Assembly (NCBI GenBank): GCA_036479435.1
Contig: JAZGFI010000262.1
Coordinates: forward strand, 1 to 51,654
DNA length: 51,654 nt
Direction: 5' to 3'
Source of the DNA: Planctomycetota bacterium
GTDB taxonomy: Bacteria > Planctomycetota > GCA-002687715 > DRQF01
Shown here: positions 10,208 to 20,209 of the stretch, piece after piece
Position numbering within the stretch: the stretch's first letter is position 1
How the letters are laid out: every line of letters starts with the position of its first letter
Program-made: the position numbers and the translations under genes
The notes under the pieces: model-generated
The model's database searches: none
What the model was told of the DNA's origin: nothing
Seen by the model: only the letters and a program-made list of their open reading frames with translations

Positions 10208-11484
10208 GCCAGAGGCTCCAATCGAAAGACGGTATCCAGCTTAAACCGCTCGAAGACATTCGCCACGTTCTCAGGCTTCACAGATGCGTAGCGGCGCAAG
10301 ACTTTCGCGGGGTGCGAGTTCTTGCGGCCGCTCAACTGCGCGCCGAGGTGAAAGCCGATCATCGACTCCGCCGAATCCCGGCTACTTTCGAGTGAGTGTT
10401 CGATCGACGCCAACGCGGTCGCGCGGTCTTGATCCTGGAACTTCCCCGCGGCCATCGATTTCAAATGGCGTTTCACCAGAGTCGTCACGCGATCCAGATT
10501 CGCACTGTCCGTGCCGGCGGTCACATAAAGGGTGCCAGTACCGCCTTCGAAAGCGGAGTGGATCGAGTAGGCCAGGCTGTGTTTTTCACGCACGTCTCGA
10601 AACAGCTTCGAAGATGACGAGCCGCCGAAAATCGCATCGCCGAGATGAGCGGGATAAAGGTCTTGGCTGCGCTTGTAGCCTTCGAGCCGAAACCCCATCG
10701 CCAGCCGCGACTGTGAGATTTCTTGTTGTTCTCGAAAAGTCTTCGGCCGATTTCGAATCGCGGGGCCCTTAAACGCCTTGAGGCGGAGGGCGGATCGACC
10801 CTTGAGTTGCAGATGACGCTTCAAGATTGCCTTGACCGCAGAGGCCGATCGAGAACCAACGTAGTAGATGAGAACCGGCTGTTCCTTCGCAAATCGATCC
10901 AAGGCCTCGACAATCGCCGAGAACTTCGCGGTGGCGACATCGTCGCGGCGACCGTAGGCCGGAATGGCCAAGGGATGGCCCGCGAACATTTCCTCCGTCA
11001 GCCGCTGGTCGGCAAACTGTGCCTTATTGTCGACCAAGCCGTCGATGGCTCTGAGCAAGTTCGTCCGCTCAAGCTCAAGGAGGTCGCGTTCGAAGTTTCG
11101 CTGCTTGAACCAAGGCTCGTGCAACATAGCTCCCGCGTGTTCCACCAAGGACTCGAAAGTATTGGGTTTGCCGGGCAAAAAGGCTCCGTCAACGACCATG
11201 CCCCTCATGTCCAAAAGGTGATGGCGAGCGGTCCGCGACACGCGCACCGAAAAACCACCTCCGTAGAGATCCTGAAAGTACTTCGAAACTCGGTCCATGC
11301 CGCGGCGACGGCGATGCCCGTGGCGGAACAGGTATGCGCCCAAAGAGCGCTCCGCCACGTCACCGTCGGATTCGCCGACAAAGGCGATTCGCAGCGACTC
11401 TTTCTTCCACTGCTTGGAACGATGGTGGTGAAGAATCACTCCACTTGCGAGCTCGTGCTGGCTGAAGAGGTCGACCTCTTTCAT
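10204..11484 (-). CDS. M16 family peptidase-like protein, YmfF-like (no HxxEH)
   Basis: IFGGSSSSKLFRDVREKHSLAYS; 4-nt overlap with the partner gene. Confidence 0.85.
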   Translation of the reverse strand: MKEVDLFSQHELASGVILHHHRSKQWKKESLRIAFVGESDGDVAERSLGAYLFRHGHRRRRGMDRVSKYFQDLYGGGFSVRVSRTARHHLLDMRGMVVDGAFLPGKPNTFESLVEHAGAMLHEPWFKQRNFERDLLELERTNLLRAIDGLVDNKAQFADQRLTEEMFAGHPLAIPAYGRRDDVATAKFSAIVEALDRFAKEQPVLIYYVGSRSASAVKAILKRHLQLKGRSALRLKAFKGPAIRNRPKTFREQQEISQSRLAMGFRLEGYKRSQDLYPAHLGDAIFGGSSSSKLFRDVREKHSLAYSIHSAFEGGTGTLYVTAGTDSANLDRVTTLVKRHLKSMAAGKFQDQDRATALASIEHSLESSRDSAESMIGFHLGAQLSGRKNSHPAKVLRRYASVKPENVANVFERFKLDTVFRLEPLA

Positions 11485-11698
11485 TTACTCTCCTCGGTTG
11501 ATCGCTGGAGCATAATCTGTCACACCCAAACCGCAAGCCGGGCCATGAGCTTCCACGCAGGTTAGACCTTCGCCTAAATCAGCGATATCCATTCTTTTCG
11601 GCCCCAACGGCAGGGCTTGAAGACGGCGGGCAGACCCGAGGTTGGCTCCGTCCGTGCAAGGTCCTAAGATGTCGCCGTCAATTCGGAGCGGACTCATC

Positions 11699-12634
11699 AT
11701 GCCCTCAACAGCCCTCTTGCTCGCCCTTTGCTACTTCTGCGTCCCCATCTCGGGCCAAGTCGTCAGCAAGGGAAAACCCAATCCCAGCCAGCCTCGAGTC
11801 CCGAGCTTCAAAGACGGAACGCCTCTCTTCGAAAAGGCCAAGGCCAAGCAATGCAATTCGAAGCTAGCACCAAAGATCACGAGCTTCGAGGGCGACTTCG
11901 ACGTCAGCATGAACGACTACTCAAAACCCGGAACCGTCACCAAGCTCAAGGGCCACATCCGCCAGTATTGGGCAAAACGCCCGCGAAAGATCGGCAAGGA
12001 AACGACCTTCCAGACCGCCTACCGTCGTGAACTGAGCACCGACCTCGCCACCGAGACTCAGGTTCTCTCTGCGGATTGGGACAACACCTGTTGGCGCCAA
12101 AAGGTCCTTGGCAAAAAGACAAAAAAACCGGTCTACATGAACAACAGCAAAGACCGTCAAGATGAGACCAACCTTCTCGCGGAAAAACGCCGCGTCAACG
12201 AACTCTTCGGGCTCTTGTTGCTCAACCAGCTCGACCTTGTTCCCGATAGCATCAAACTCGAGGCCGAAAACCAAGCGATCTCAATCAAAGTCGGGCAAAG
12301 ACCCTTCAATTCCCTAGCCTCCCGACTCTCCTTCAGCGACCGCCGCGGCTACAGCTTTCGACTCTGGATCGACCAAAAAACCCTGCATCCCGTCCGCGCC
12401 CAAGTCCGTTGGCCGAAGCGAAAAAACTGGGAACAATTCGACCTCGCGCAGCACTTCGAAGCCACGCTGCCCGATGGCAAGACGAAGATCTTTGTGCCTT
12501 GCAACATCGTCTACTACCAAAATGGGCGCCCTACCTTAGAAGCGACGACCCAATACCCAAACAAAGCGTTTCGCTTCAACGGTCTCGATGAAAAGCGCTT
12601 GTTGCAGTTGTTCCCCGAAGACGAAGACTTCTAA
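11699..12634 (+). CDS. Secreted hypothetical protein (possibly LolA-like beta fold)
   Basis: Signal-like N-terminus; 'FRLWIDQKTLHPVRA' resembles the LolA-fold 'lwid..t..p' pattern; start uncertain (11642-11699). Confidence 0.55.
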   Translation: MPSTALLLALCYFCVPISGQVVSKGKPNPSQPRVPSFKDGTPLFEKAKAKQCNSKLAPKITSFEGDFDVSMNDYSKPGTVTKLKGHIRQYWAKRPRKIGKETTFQTAYRRELSTDLATETQVLSADWDNTCWRQKVLGKKTKKPVYMNNSKDRQDETNLLAEKRRVNELFGLLLLNQLDLVPDSIKLEAENQAISIKVGQRPFNSLASRLSFSDRRGYSFRLWIDQKTLHPVRAQVRWPKRKNWEQFDLAQHFEATLPDGKTKIFVPCNIVYYQNGRPTLEATTQYPNKAFRFNGLDEKRLLQLFPEDEDF

Positions 12635-12641
12635 CGACCGC

Positions 12642-14486
12642 TCACTCCTTGCGCATGAAACGGCGCTCAAGCTCGCTCATGCTGATCCGCAATCGGGTGG
12701 GACGGCCGTGGGGGCAAGCTGCGGAGTTTTCGCTTTGTTGTTCCCACTCCAACAGGGCTTGAATCTGAACATCGCTCAGGGCATCGCTGAACTTCACGGC
12801 CGCGCGGCAGGCACGATGGGCCAGAATATCTAAGCGCATCTCTCCAAGGGCCTCGCTCGATGCCCGGTCATCGGTCGCGAGGATCGCCTCGATGATTTTT
12901 CGCCCCGAGACTTTCGCGAGGTCTGTCGGGAGGGCCTCAACCGCGATGGCGTGGCCCCCGAAGTCGCTGACTTCAACGCCGATGCCCGCCAGGTCTTTTT
13001 GCATCCCCAGCAGCCGCTGGTGGTCAAGAGCACCCAACTCGACAACGTCCGGCACTAAGAGCCGCTGGACGGAAATTTCACCGCGACTCGCCCGCTCACG
13101 GAGCTGTTCATACAGCATGCGTTCGTGCAGAGCATGTTGATCGACGACGTAAAAACCCGCCTCGTCTTCGACTAACAGGTAAGAGTTGTGGATTTGGAGA
13201 AAAGCCCCTAAGGGTTTTTCGTCCGACGTTTTGTTCTCGGGATTCGGTAAGGCTGAGACCAAGGCTGCGGCTGCGATGTCTTCCACGGGCCCACCGGCGG
13301 CGCTATCGATGCGATCCGAATAAGAGGGATTGACAACTTCTTGGACCAGTTCAGCCCGGTCTCGGGCCGCGGAAGGAAACAGACTGTTCTCCATCGCCAC
13401 GACTCGTTCGCGGGCACTCGGTGCCTGAGCGGGGGGGCTTTCCGCTGTACCTGCCGCCACCTCGCGAACGTTTCTCGCCTCGGCCAACAGGCCCCCCGTC
13501 GGCCTCGCCAAAGCGAGCGCTTGCCGGCAAGCACCCTGAATGACAGAAAACACCGCGGAGCGATTGCGAAACCTCACCTCAGACTTGGTCGGGTGCACGT
13601 TGACATCGACCAGCTTCGGATCGATCGTGAGCTCCAAAAAAAACACGGGATAGCGGCGGTGCATCAAAAAGCCCTCGTAGCCGCGGGCCACGGCATGCGA
13701 AAGACTGCGATCCTTGATGAAGCGATCGTTCAAGAAAAGGAACTGGCGGTTCGAAACTTTCTTCGCAACCTCGGGAAGACCGATGTAGCCACTAAGCCTG
13801 ATCCCGTCGCGCTCGCCCTGCACCGCCAAAAGTTTGCCGTCGAGATCGCGGCCGAAGAGTCGGATCAGGCGGCGTTCCAAGTTCTCCGCCGATTCGATCG
13901 CAATGACTTTGCGACCGTTGTGTCTGAGTTCAACACTGACATCGCTAAGAGGCATCACGACGCGAGTGAGAATCTCATTGATTCGCGCGATTTCTGCGCT
14001 GTCGGACTTCAAAAACTTGCGGCGAGCTGGCGTGCTGTGAAACAAGTCGCGGACTTCGACGACGGTGCCTTCGGGACCGCCCGCTTCGATGACTTCAGAT
14101 ATTTCGCTGCGCTCACATTCAACGCGGTGGCCTAGGGGCTCGCCGCGCCGGCGCGAGGTGATGCGGCAACGGGCGACAGATCCAATACTCGCCAGAGCCT
14201 CGCCGCGAAAACCAAAAGACAAAATTTCAAAGAGGTCTTCGACCGAGTGAATCTTGCTAGTTGCGTGGGGAGCCAAGGCCAAGGGCAACTCTTCCGCGGA
14301 AATTCCGCAGCCGTCGTCCTGAACCCGGATGAGCTTCTTACCGCCCTCTTCGATCTCCACCAGGATGCGCTGCGCGCCCGCATCGAGAGCGTTCTCAACG
14401 AGTTCCTTGACGACGGACGCGGGGCGCTCGATAACCTCGCCGGCAGCAATCTTATTCGCGACATGAACGGGTAGTTTGCGGATCAA
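12642..14486 (-). CDS. mutL: DNA mismatch repair endonuclease MutL
   Basis: IAAGEVIERP, GFRGEALASI; C-terminal DQHALHERMLYE, ACR and CPHGRP endonuclease motifs. Confidence 0.97.
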   Translation of the reverse strand: MIRKLPVHVANKIAAGEVIERPASVVKELVENALDAGAQRILVEIEEGGKKLIRVQDDGCGISAEELPLALAPHATSKIHSVEDLFEILSFGFRGEALASIGSVARCRITSRRRGEPLGHRVECERSEISEVIEAGGPEGTVVEVRDLFHSTPARRKFLKSDSAEIARINEILTRVVMPLSDVSVELRHNGRKVIAIESAENLERRLIRLFGRDLDGKLLAVQGERDGIRLSGYIGLPEVAKKVSNRQFLFLNDRFIKDRSLSHAVARGYEGFLMHRRYPVFFLELTIDPKLVDVNVHPTKSEVRFRNRSAVFSVIQGACRQALALARPTGGLLAEARNVREVAAGTAESPPAQAPSARERVVAMENSLFPSAARDRAELVQEVVNPSYSDRIDSAAGGPVEDIAAAALVSALPNPENKTSDEKPLGAFLQIHNSYLLVEDEAGFYVVDQHALHERMLYEQLRERASRGEISVQRLLVPDVVELGALDHQRLLGMQKDLAGIGVEVSDFGGHAIAVEALPTDLAKVSGRKIIEAILATDDRASSEALGEMRLDILAHRACRAAVKFSDALSDVQIQALLEWEQQSENSAACPHGRPTRLRISMSELERRFMRKE

Positions 14487-15634
14487 GGTCGTCTGCGTCC
14501 GGCAAAGGGGTTATCGGATACGGTGGCCTGCGGTCGTCGGCTGTGCCGCGAAAGGTACTCCAGCAAAAGGTCGCGAGGGCGGCCTCGCGAGGTCTTAAGG
14601 TGAAATTCAGTATCGCTCAATCCCAGGACAGCATCGGCGAGTTCAGGCCCTTTGCGGGATCGAAACTGCGTCTGCATCCGGCCAAACAGCCAGCGCCGAC
14701 CCGAACCTAGCACGATGGCCGCGGCTTCGTCGAAATCCATGCCACTGTGAACAAACTCGGTAATCCGTCCGAGCTCTCGCAGGCGGCGGGCCAATAAAGG
14801 CATCAGTCGAGCGCTGATGTCAATCTCTTTGAAATTCTTGGCCCCGTCTTTTTCACGGAGTCCTCCGCGATACAGGCGGTCGGTGGCGGTCAGGGTGCGG
14901 CGAAAGTCCCGTTCGCCGAAAGCATCAACAACTTCAAAGAGCGTCGCCTCGTCGCCCTCGCCCATGACTTCTTGGACGTCGGGCAAAAACACCTCTGGTC
15001 GTTCGCCGAGGTGCAGGCAGATCTTTTGGATTTCCGAATTGAGACCGCGGAGCCCCGTGGCATCGCGCTGGTGGACGACCATGGCGATCGGCGGCGCAAT
15101 CACTTTGCCCTGACTCTCGAATCGCTCCACGACCCAGCGGGTTAACTCGCTGTCCCATTCCGGTTTGCCGTATCCATAGGTTCGCGATCCCAAAGGCGAA
15201 CAGTCGACGAATACGGCTCCATGAGCCTCAAGGGTTTTCATGAGCGCGTTCTTGCTGAAAGTACGCCCCTTTTTCTTTACTAGCTCAGCACCTTCCAACA
15301 CCAAGACGGAATCTGAAGCACCCGCCTTAGCGAAGCGCGCCAAAACGTCGGATGCCGCAGCCAGAAAAGAAGCGGCATCGGGAATGCGGACAACTTTGTT
15401 GCTGCCGAAAAGCGACGAAGTTCGAAGCTCGTCGAAAACCAAGATCGCTGGATCATCCGCCGCGGCAAACTCATCCGCGCCGACTTCCCAAACCTCGGGA
15501 TCTTCCCCCATACCCGACAACAAAATGTCGAGGGCCTCGGCGCGCAGAAACTCCTCAGTACCGCTCAAAATCAAATACGGTGGCCTCGCCTTCGACTTCG
15601 CCATCTGTTGGCGCCATGCTTTTAGCTTGATCAC
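14483..15634 (-). CDS. holA: DNA polymerase III delta subunit
   Basis: GTG 15634 overlaps upstream stop; YLILSGTEEFL, SLFGSNKVV, SEIQKI, FEVVDA patterns. Confidence 0.75.
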   Translation of the reverse strand: MIKLKAWRQQMAKSKARPPYLILSGTEEFLRAEALDILLSGMGEDPEVWEVGADEFAAADDPAILVFDELRTSSLFGSNKVVRIPDAASFLAAASDVLARFAKAGASDSVLVLEGAELVKKKGRTFSKNALMKTLEAHGAVFVDCSPLGSRTYGYGKPEWDSELTRWVVERFESQGKVIAPPIAMVVHQRDATGLRGLNSEIQKICLHLGERPEVFLPDVQEVMGEGDEATLFEVVDAFGERDFRRTLTATDRLYRGGLREKDGAKNFKEIDISARLMPLLARRLRELGRITEFVHSGMDFDEAAAIVLGSGRRWLFGRMQTQFRSRKGPELADAVLGLSDTEFHLKTSRGRPRDLLLEYLSRHSRRPQATVSDNPFAGRRRP

Positions 15635-16554
15635 TGCCCCTGACTCCGCAGCCAAGTTTGTTCCAAGATCCCGGCGATCATCACTAAGAATGCGATGGAC
15701 ACATTGACGCCGAAAAAGGCCGCTTGAATGCGGTCGAGTTGACCGCGGCGAACGATCCAATGCTCGTAAACCAACAACATGGCCACTAATGCACAGGCCA
15801 CCGTCCACAGTTGGCCCATGCCCGCCACACGTCCCGCCAACCCTAGACAAAGGGGAACGCCAGCGTGAAAGACGCGTGCGATCTGCAAGGAACGACTAAC
15901 TCCCCAGCGCGCGGGAGTTGAGTGCAAACCTTCACTTCGATCGTGCTCAATGTCTTGAAGAGCGTAGATGATGTCAAACCCGGTGGTCCACAACATGACG
16001 GCGAATCCTAGCCACAGGGCCGCCCAGGCGTCGAGTTCCAGAGTTCCTCTTACGGCGACCCAGGCCCCTAAGGGCGAAAGCCCCAAGGCGACTCCCAAGA
16101 TTAGATGCGGAAAGTCGAAGAAGCGCTTGCTGAGCGAATAGCCGAGGAGAACTCCCAAGGTGGGAAAGGACAAATAGAACGCTAGGGGGCTTTCTCCGGG
16201 GACGCGAAGGCCCCAAGCCGCCGCCACAAACAAGGCGCCAGAGGCAACGACAATTGCCGTCAAAAAGCCCGGGCTGACCTCTCCGGTAACCGAAGCGCGT
16301 CTTGCGGTACGCGGATTGGAGGCGTCGAAGCGGCGGTCAACTAGCCGGTTGAAAGCCATCGCCGCAGTTCGCGCCGCCACCATCGCCACGAGGACCAACA
16401 AGCACACGGTCAACGATGGCCAGCCCTGGGCCGCGACGACGGCGCCCGTTACCGCGTAGGGCAAAGCAAAGAGCGTGTGCTCGAAGCGAATCAAGGCGAG
16501 GAATCGCCGCGTTTGGGTAAAGGTGCCGACCCAAGTCGTGCTTAGTTCGTTCAC
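15631..16554 (-). CDS. UbiA-family polyprenyltransferase (MqnP-like)
   Basis: IRFEHTLFALP, AMAFNRLVDRRFDASNPRT, GFDIIYALQD; GTG start overlaps ubiX stop. Confidence 0.92.
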   Translation of the reverse strand: MNELSTTWVGTFTQTRRFLALIRFEHTLFALPYAVTGAVVAAQGWPSLTVCLLVLVAMVAARTAAMAFNRLVDRRFDASNPRTARRASVTGEVSPGFLTAIVVASGALFVAAAWGLRVPGESPLAFYLSFPTLGVLLGYSLSKRFFDFPHLILGVALGLSPLGAWVAVRGTLELDAWAALWLGFAVMLWTTGFDIIYALQDIEHDRSEGLHSTPARWGVSRSLQIARVFHAGVPLCLGLAGRVAGMGQLWTVACALVAMLLVYEHWIVRRGQLDRIQAAFFGVNVSIAFLVMIAGILEQTWLRSQGQ

Positions 16555-17156
16555 GAATCGCCCCCCCAGCGCGGCACAAAATCGTGGGCGATGTCGAGAG
16601 TATCGAGGATCTTGCCACTGATCTGATCTAGAAGGTCTTGCACGGTCTCCGAAGGGCCGTAAAAGCCCGGAGTTGTCGGTAGCAAGATGGCACCAGCCTC
16701 CGCGAGAGACGTCATGTTGCGCAGATGAATGAGTGATAAGGGAGTTTCGCGCCAAGCGAGCACCAAAGGGCGCCTTTCTTTTAGGCAAACATCCGCGGCG
16801 CGTTCGATGAGGTTGCTGGAGATACCAGCGGCAAGCCGGCCCAAAGTCCCCATCGAACAGGGAACGATGACCATGCCGCGCCGAAGTGCCGTGCCGCTGG
16901 CAATGGCGGCCGCAATGTTTTTGTGATCGTGCGTTCGGATGTCGGCGCCTTCGAGCCCGAAATCGGCGAGCTGAGCGCGACCACCTTTGATCCACTCGCC
17001 GGGCCCCCACTCAGTCTTTAGGACCATGGCGGCCGCCTCGGAGAGGAGCAGGTCAACGGGTTGCTCAAGCTGGACCAGTTTCCGCAGCAAATCAACGCCG
17101 TAGTGAACTCCGGAAGCACCGGTTAAAGCAACGACGATACGGCGGGGGGCTGGCAT
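16551..17156 (-). CDS. ubiX: Flavin prenyltransferase UbiX
   Basis: ALTGASG, PCSMGTL, RAADVCLKERRPLV, RETP, PGFY. Confidence 0.95.
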   Translation of the reverse strand: MPAPRRIVVALTGASGVHYGVDLLRKLVQLEQPVDLLLSEAAAMVLKTEWGPGEWIKGGRAQLADFGLEGADIRTHDHKNIAAAIASGTALRRGMVIVPCSMGTLGRLAAGISSNLIERAADVCLKERRPLVLAWRETPLSLIHLRNMTSLAEAGAILLPTTPGFYGPSETVQDLLDQISGKILDTLDIAHDFVPRWGGDS

Positions 17157-17183
17157 GTCGTGAGTATAACGCTTTGGGAGACC

Positions 17184-17226
17184 CAAAAGAGAACCGGGCG
17201 CCGACTCTGATGGAGTCGACGCCCGG
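17184..17226 (-). terminator. Intrinsic terminator of the large lipoprotein gene
   Basis: Minus strand CCGGGCGTCGACTC-catca-GAGTCGGCGCCCGG then TTCTCTTTT. Confidence 0.7.
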
Positions 17227-17258
17227 CGTCTGTGAGACCTAGACCTCGTCGGCGGCGG

Positions 17259-19967
17259 CTACTCGTCGGTCGGCGCGAATAGCTGGGTTCCGGGGGTGAT
17301 CACACTGCCAAGGAAAGCCCCAGTCGTGCGGTCAAAGCAGGCAATACGGGATGCTCCCGGATAGATCACATTGAGGATCCCACGAGAAGATCCATAGGCT
17401 GGATTCGGCGACGGCCTGAGGAAAAAGTCATTGGGACTAATTGACGCATCGTTGGGCGCTCCAAACTCAGCCGGTGCAAACAACTCCTGGGAGTTGATGA
17501 AGGTCCGGAAGGCCGGAGGCCCCTGGAAACCCGGCTGCGGCCCGAGGTTAAATCCGACCATCTCTATCTGCACAACCGAGTTACCATTCGAATTTGCGAC
17601 GTGAAAGCCATTCCCTTTCTGCAAGGCACCAATAGCAGCTCCAAAGCCACCATTAAAACAGCCATAGGAGGGGTTTTGGAATCCCATTTCCGTTTGGAAA
17701 ATTTTCCCGTTGACTCCGTTCGTGTTGGTGACTTGGGGAATGAGCGAATCCGACTCAAACACTGAGACAGTGCCATCAAAAAAGTTCGTGATGTAGGCTT
17801 GATAGGCCCAAGTACAACCCGTGCAAACCCAACGAGGGCTCGTAAACACATCGCGAGGACCGTTACCAACGGCAAGTCGAATGCGCTCGACCAGGCCACC
17901 CACGATGATGCGAGAAACCGTGTTCTCTCCCGTATTCAAGACAAAAACGTCTTCATTGGAACGCTGCACCGACACTGCCCTGGGGTCGAGGCCGACGGTC
18001 ACGATGCCGGTCACCTGATTGAAGTTGGGCGATGCGGGATTCAAATCGACGCGTTGCAAGGTACCTTGATCGCGGTTCGTCACATACAGAATGGTGCCCG
18101 CGGGGTTCGCGCCGAGTCCTCCAGGATTCGGTACGCCCTGCAAGATGCCAAGCTGTTGGTTAGTGTTCGAATTGAACACCTTCACCTGGCCAGCATCAGC
18201 ATCGGCCACGTAGAGGAAGGTTCCCAGCGGCTGAGGAAGCATAATCACTAAATTGTTCAGGAGCCCATTGACGGAGTTTTCGCTAGCGCCAGCTTGCGGG
18301 AAGGGGATCGCGGGGTCGCCACCCGCAGCAATGATCGCCGCGCTAGCATTGCGTCTCGGAGCATCAATCGTAATGACGCCCATGATGACCTGGTTCGCCA
18401 AAAGATAGGTGTAGTTCGGGCCGCCGTTGAGCGTCGCTCCAAACTCGACATCAAGGACCGCGCCGAGAACCGAGAAATCGTCCAAAGGCACTGGCACCGC
18501 AACCGGTGTTCCCAGCTTGGCGTTACCAGGCGCACCGTTAACGGTGTCGCGGCCCGACGAATGCACCCGCAAACGACTGCCGTCGGCGACGGCCGTGTAG
18601 TCGCGGTCCGTCGGGTTGTTGGCAATCGGAGGGCCAACGGCCAAGTTCAAGTTACCCACCGTGATGTCCGCCAGCATCGGGTTGCGGTCGCGATCGGTAA
18701 TACCGATCACGCCGTCCGCCGCGGCCGAAGTATCAAGCGCGTTGGGATTGGCCATGCTCAAAAAGGTGACGGCCAAGGTTGCGATCATGGTCGCCGGAGT
18801 GGTCGCAAGCGAACCCGGCAGGGGCAGGATCGTGGGCAGCGAAAGCTCGACGCCGAGGCGGTTGACGGGCGCCGTCAGACCTCCATTTTCGTACACCAAA
18901 GGATCGATGCCGTAGTTCTGGGTCGCAGGAAAGGTGTCCGACGCCGACAGGGTCCCGGTGAGGATGTCGACAAATCGAATACGAACTTCCGTGGGGTTAA
19001 AGAAGGGGTCCGGCATGTAGACGATGTAGCCGACGCTGGTCACGGGCGCGGCCGTCCCCATCGGTGGCGTGTAGGTCACCACCAAGTTCTCGCCGAGGGC
19101 GTTGGGGCCATTCAGGGTGAAGGGAATCGACATGTAGGGGTCAAGCTGCGTGGTGTTAGCCAGCCCCGTTGCCGTGTTGAAGCCGACGATACTCTGAAAG
19201 TCAACAGCCTCGTCGAAGAAGATCGAAATCTCTTGGTTCGTCGCGACATTCACCTGTCCCGCCAAGGGGCTCGAGACGGTGGTCGCGCCGGCGATGGGAT
19301 CGGTGTCCGTGCCCACGGTGAACGGGAAGCGAATGATCACGTCGTTGGTGCAGGAACCGCCTTGTGAAATCAAGCAGAACTCCGTGCCATCCGCGCCGAT
19401 CAAACCGCCTCCCCCGACGGTAGCGGCCAACACCGTCAAGGTGTAGCTACCGGCCGGAAACGGCGCCGGCTGCGGCGGATCGTTCGGAGCCAGCGAGGGA
19501 TCACGGACGTAGAGGCGTACCGTGCTCGGCGCCTCATTCGGCGACAGGAAAGTGTTCGAGGGATCAAGGGCCCCGGTGGAATCCAAAAAGAGCCCCAAGA
19601 TGTTGCCGGCCGAGTCGACGACGGACACGGCGTTATTAGCCGCGCTACCCGCACCGAGAATCGACGAGGCCAACACACTGCGGTTGAAATCCAACTGAAT
19701 GAAGTTCACGCCACCAACGGACTCAGGCATGCTGACCCCCCGCATCGGCAGGGAGTTAGAAGGCGCCTGGTAGCTAATCGTCATCGCGGTGGCACCCGCG
19801 ACTCCAAGCTCACCGACCGCGGGGAAACCCGTGAGGCTGAGAACTTGTGCTTGAGTGTTGCCGTTTCCGCCGCCACCCCCGCCACCGCCACCACCACAGG
19901 CAGTAAAGGAAAAAGCGGCCGAAAGGATCAGCAGCGTGCAGAACCAACCTCGCTGGGTTCGGAACAT
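17259..19967 (-). CDS. Large lipoprotein with Ig-like segments and YVTN/YncE-type beta-propeller
   Basis: Lipobox FTAC followed by G10; 'SSPLAGQVNVATNQEISIFFDEAVD' (Big_5-like); LYVAD/LYVTN/YITNF blades. Confidence 0.8.
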   Translation of the reverse strand: MFRTQRGWFCTLLILSAAFSFTACGGGGGGGGGGNGNTQAQVLSLTGFPAVGELGVAGATAMTISYQAPSNSLPMRGVSMPESVGGVNFIQLDFNRSVLASSILGAGSAANNAVSVVDSAGNILGLFLDSTGALDPSNTFLSPNEAPSTVRLYVRDPSLAPNDPPQPAPFPAGSYTLTVLAATVGGGGLIGADGTEFCLISQGGSCTNDVIIRFPFTVGTDTDPIAGATTVSSPLAGQVNVATNQEISIFFDEAVDFQSIVGFNTATGLANTTQLDPYMSIPFTLNGPNALGENLVVTYTPPMGTAAPVTSVGYIVYMPDPFFNPTEVRIRFVDILTGTLSASDTFPATQNYGIDPLVYENGGLTAPVNRLGVELSLPTILPLPGSLATTPATMIATLAVTFLSMANPNALDTSAAADGVIGITDRDRNPMLADITVGNLNLAVGPPIANNPTDRDYTAVADGSRLRVHSSGRDTVNGAPGNAKLGTPVAVPVPLDDFSVLGAVLDVEFGATLNGGPNYTYLLANQVIMGVITIDAPRRNASAAIIAAGGDPAIPFPQAGASENSVNGLLNNLVIMLPQPLGTFLYVADADAGQVKVFNSNTNQQLGILQGVPNPGGLGANPAGTILYVTNRDQGTLQRVDLNPASPNFNQVTGIVTVGLDPRAVSVQRSNEDVFVLNTGENTVSRIIVGGLVERIRLAVGNGPRDVFTSPRWVCTGCTWAYQAYITNFFDGTVSVFESDSLIPQVTNTNGVNGKIFQTEMGFQNPSYGCFNGGFGAAIGALQKGNGFHVANSNGNSVVQIEMVGFNLGPQPGFQGPPAFRTFINSQELFAPAEFGAPNDASISPNDFFLRPSPNPAYGSSRGILNVIYPGASRIACFDRTTGAFLGSVITPGTQLFAPTDE

Positions 19968-20109
19968 GAGAGTCTCCCGAGTCATATTTCTCTTCAGAAT
20001 GCGCTGCCAAATACGAACTTCGGCGGCGAGCAATTATTCCTAGGTCACCTTTGGTCCGCAAGTGCCGGACCAAAGAGACATGCAAAGCGTCAAGTCTTTG
20101 GCTGCGAGT

Positions 20110-20139
20110 AGCTTAGATGCCTGGGGGCCCTGGGGTCAA
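20110..20139 (-). promoter_or_regulatory. Sigma70-type promoter for the lipoprotein gene
   Basis: Minus strand TTGACC-18 nt-TAAGCT. Confidence 0.55.
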
Positions 20140-20209
20140 GGCTCTCAGCTGTAAAGCACAACCAACAAAGTGCGAATCTGAACCGCCCTGAGCGATCGGC
20201 TCCGCGTCC

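Noticed and set aside
15631..17010. ORF-track N-terminal extensions of the UbiA-family gene (to 17010) and holA (to 15850)
   Set aside because: Extensions overlap the upstream genes; GTG starts at 16554 and 15634 give clean 4-nt overlaps.
18294..19367. 357-aa + strand ORF and similar long antisense ORFs (e.g. 35598-36566, 37314-38291, 43492-44433, 46153-47070)
   Set aside because: They lie opposite well-supported genes and have no recognisable motifs; expected shadow ORFs in GC-rich DNA.
19866..19895. Poly-Gly tract as a phase-variable repeat
   Set aside because: Encoded by mixed GGN codons in triplets; a linker after the lipobox, not a frameshifting tract.
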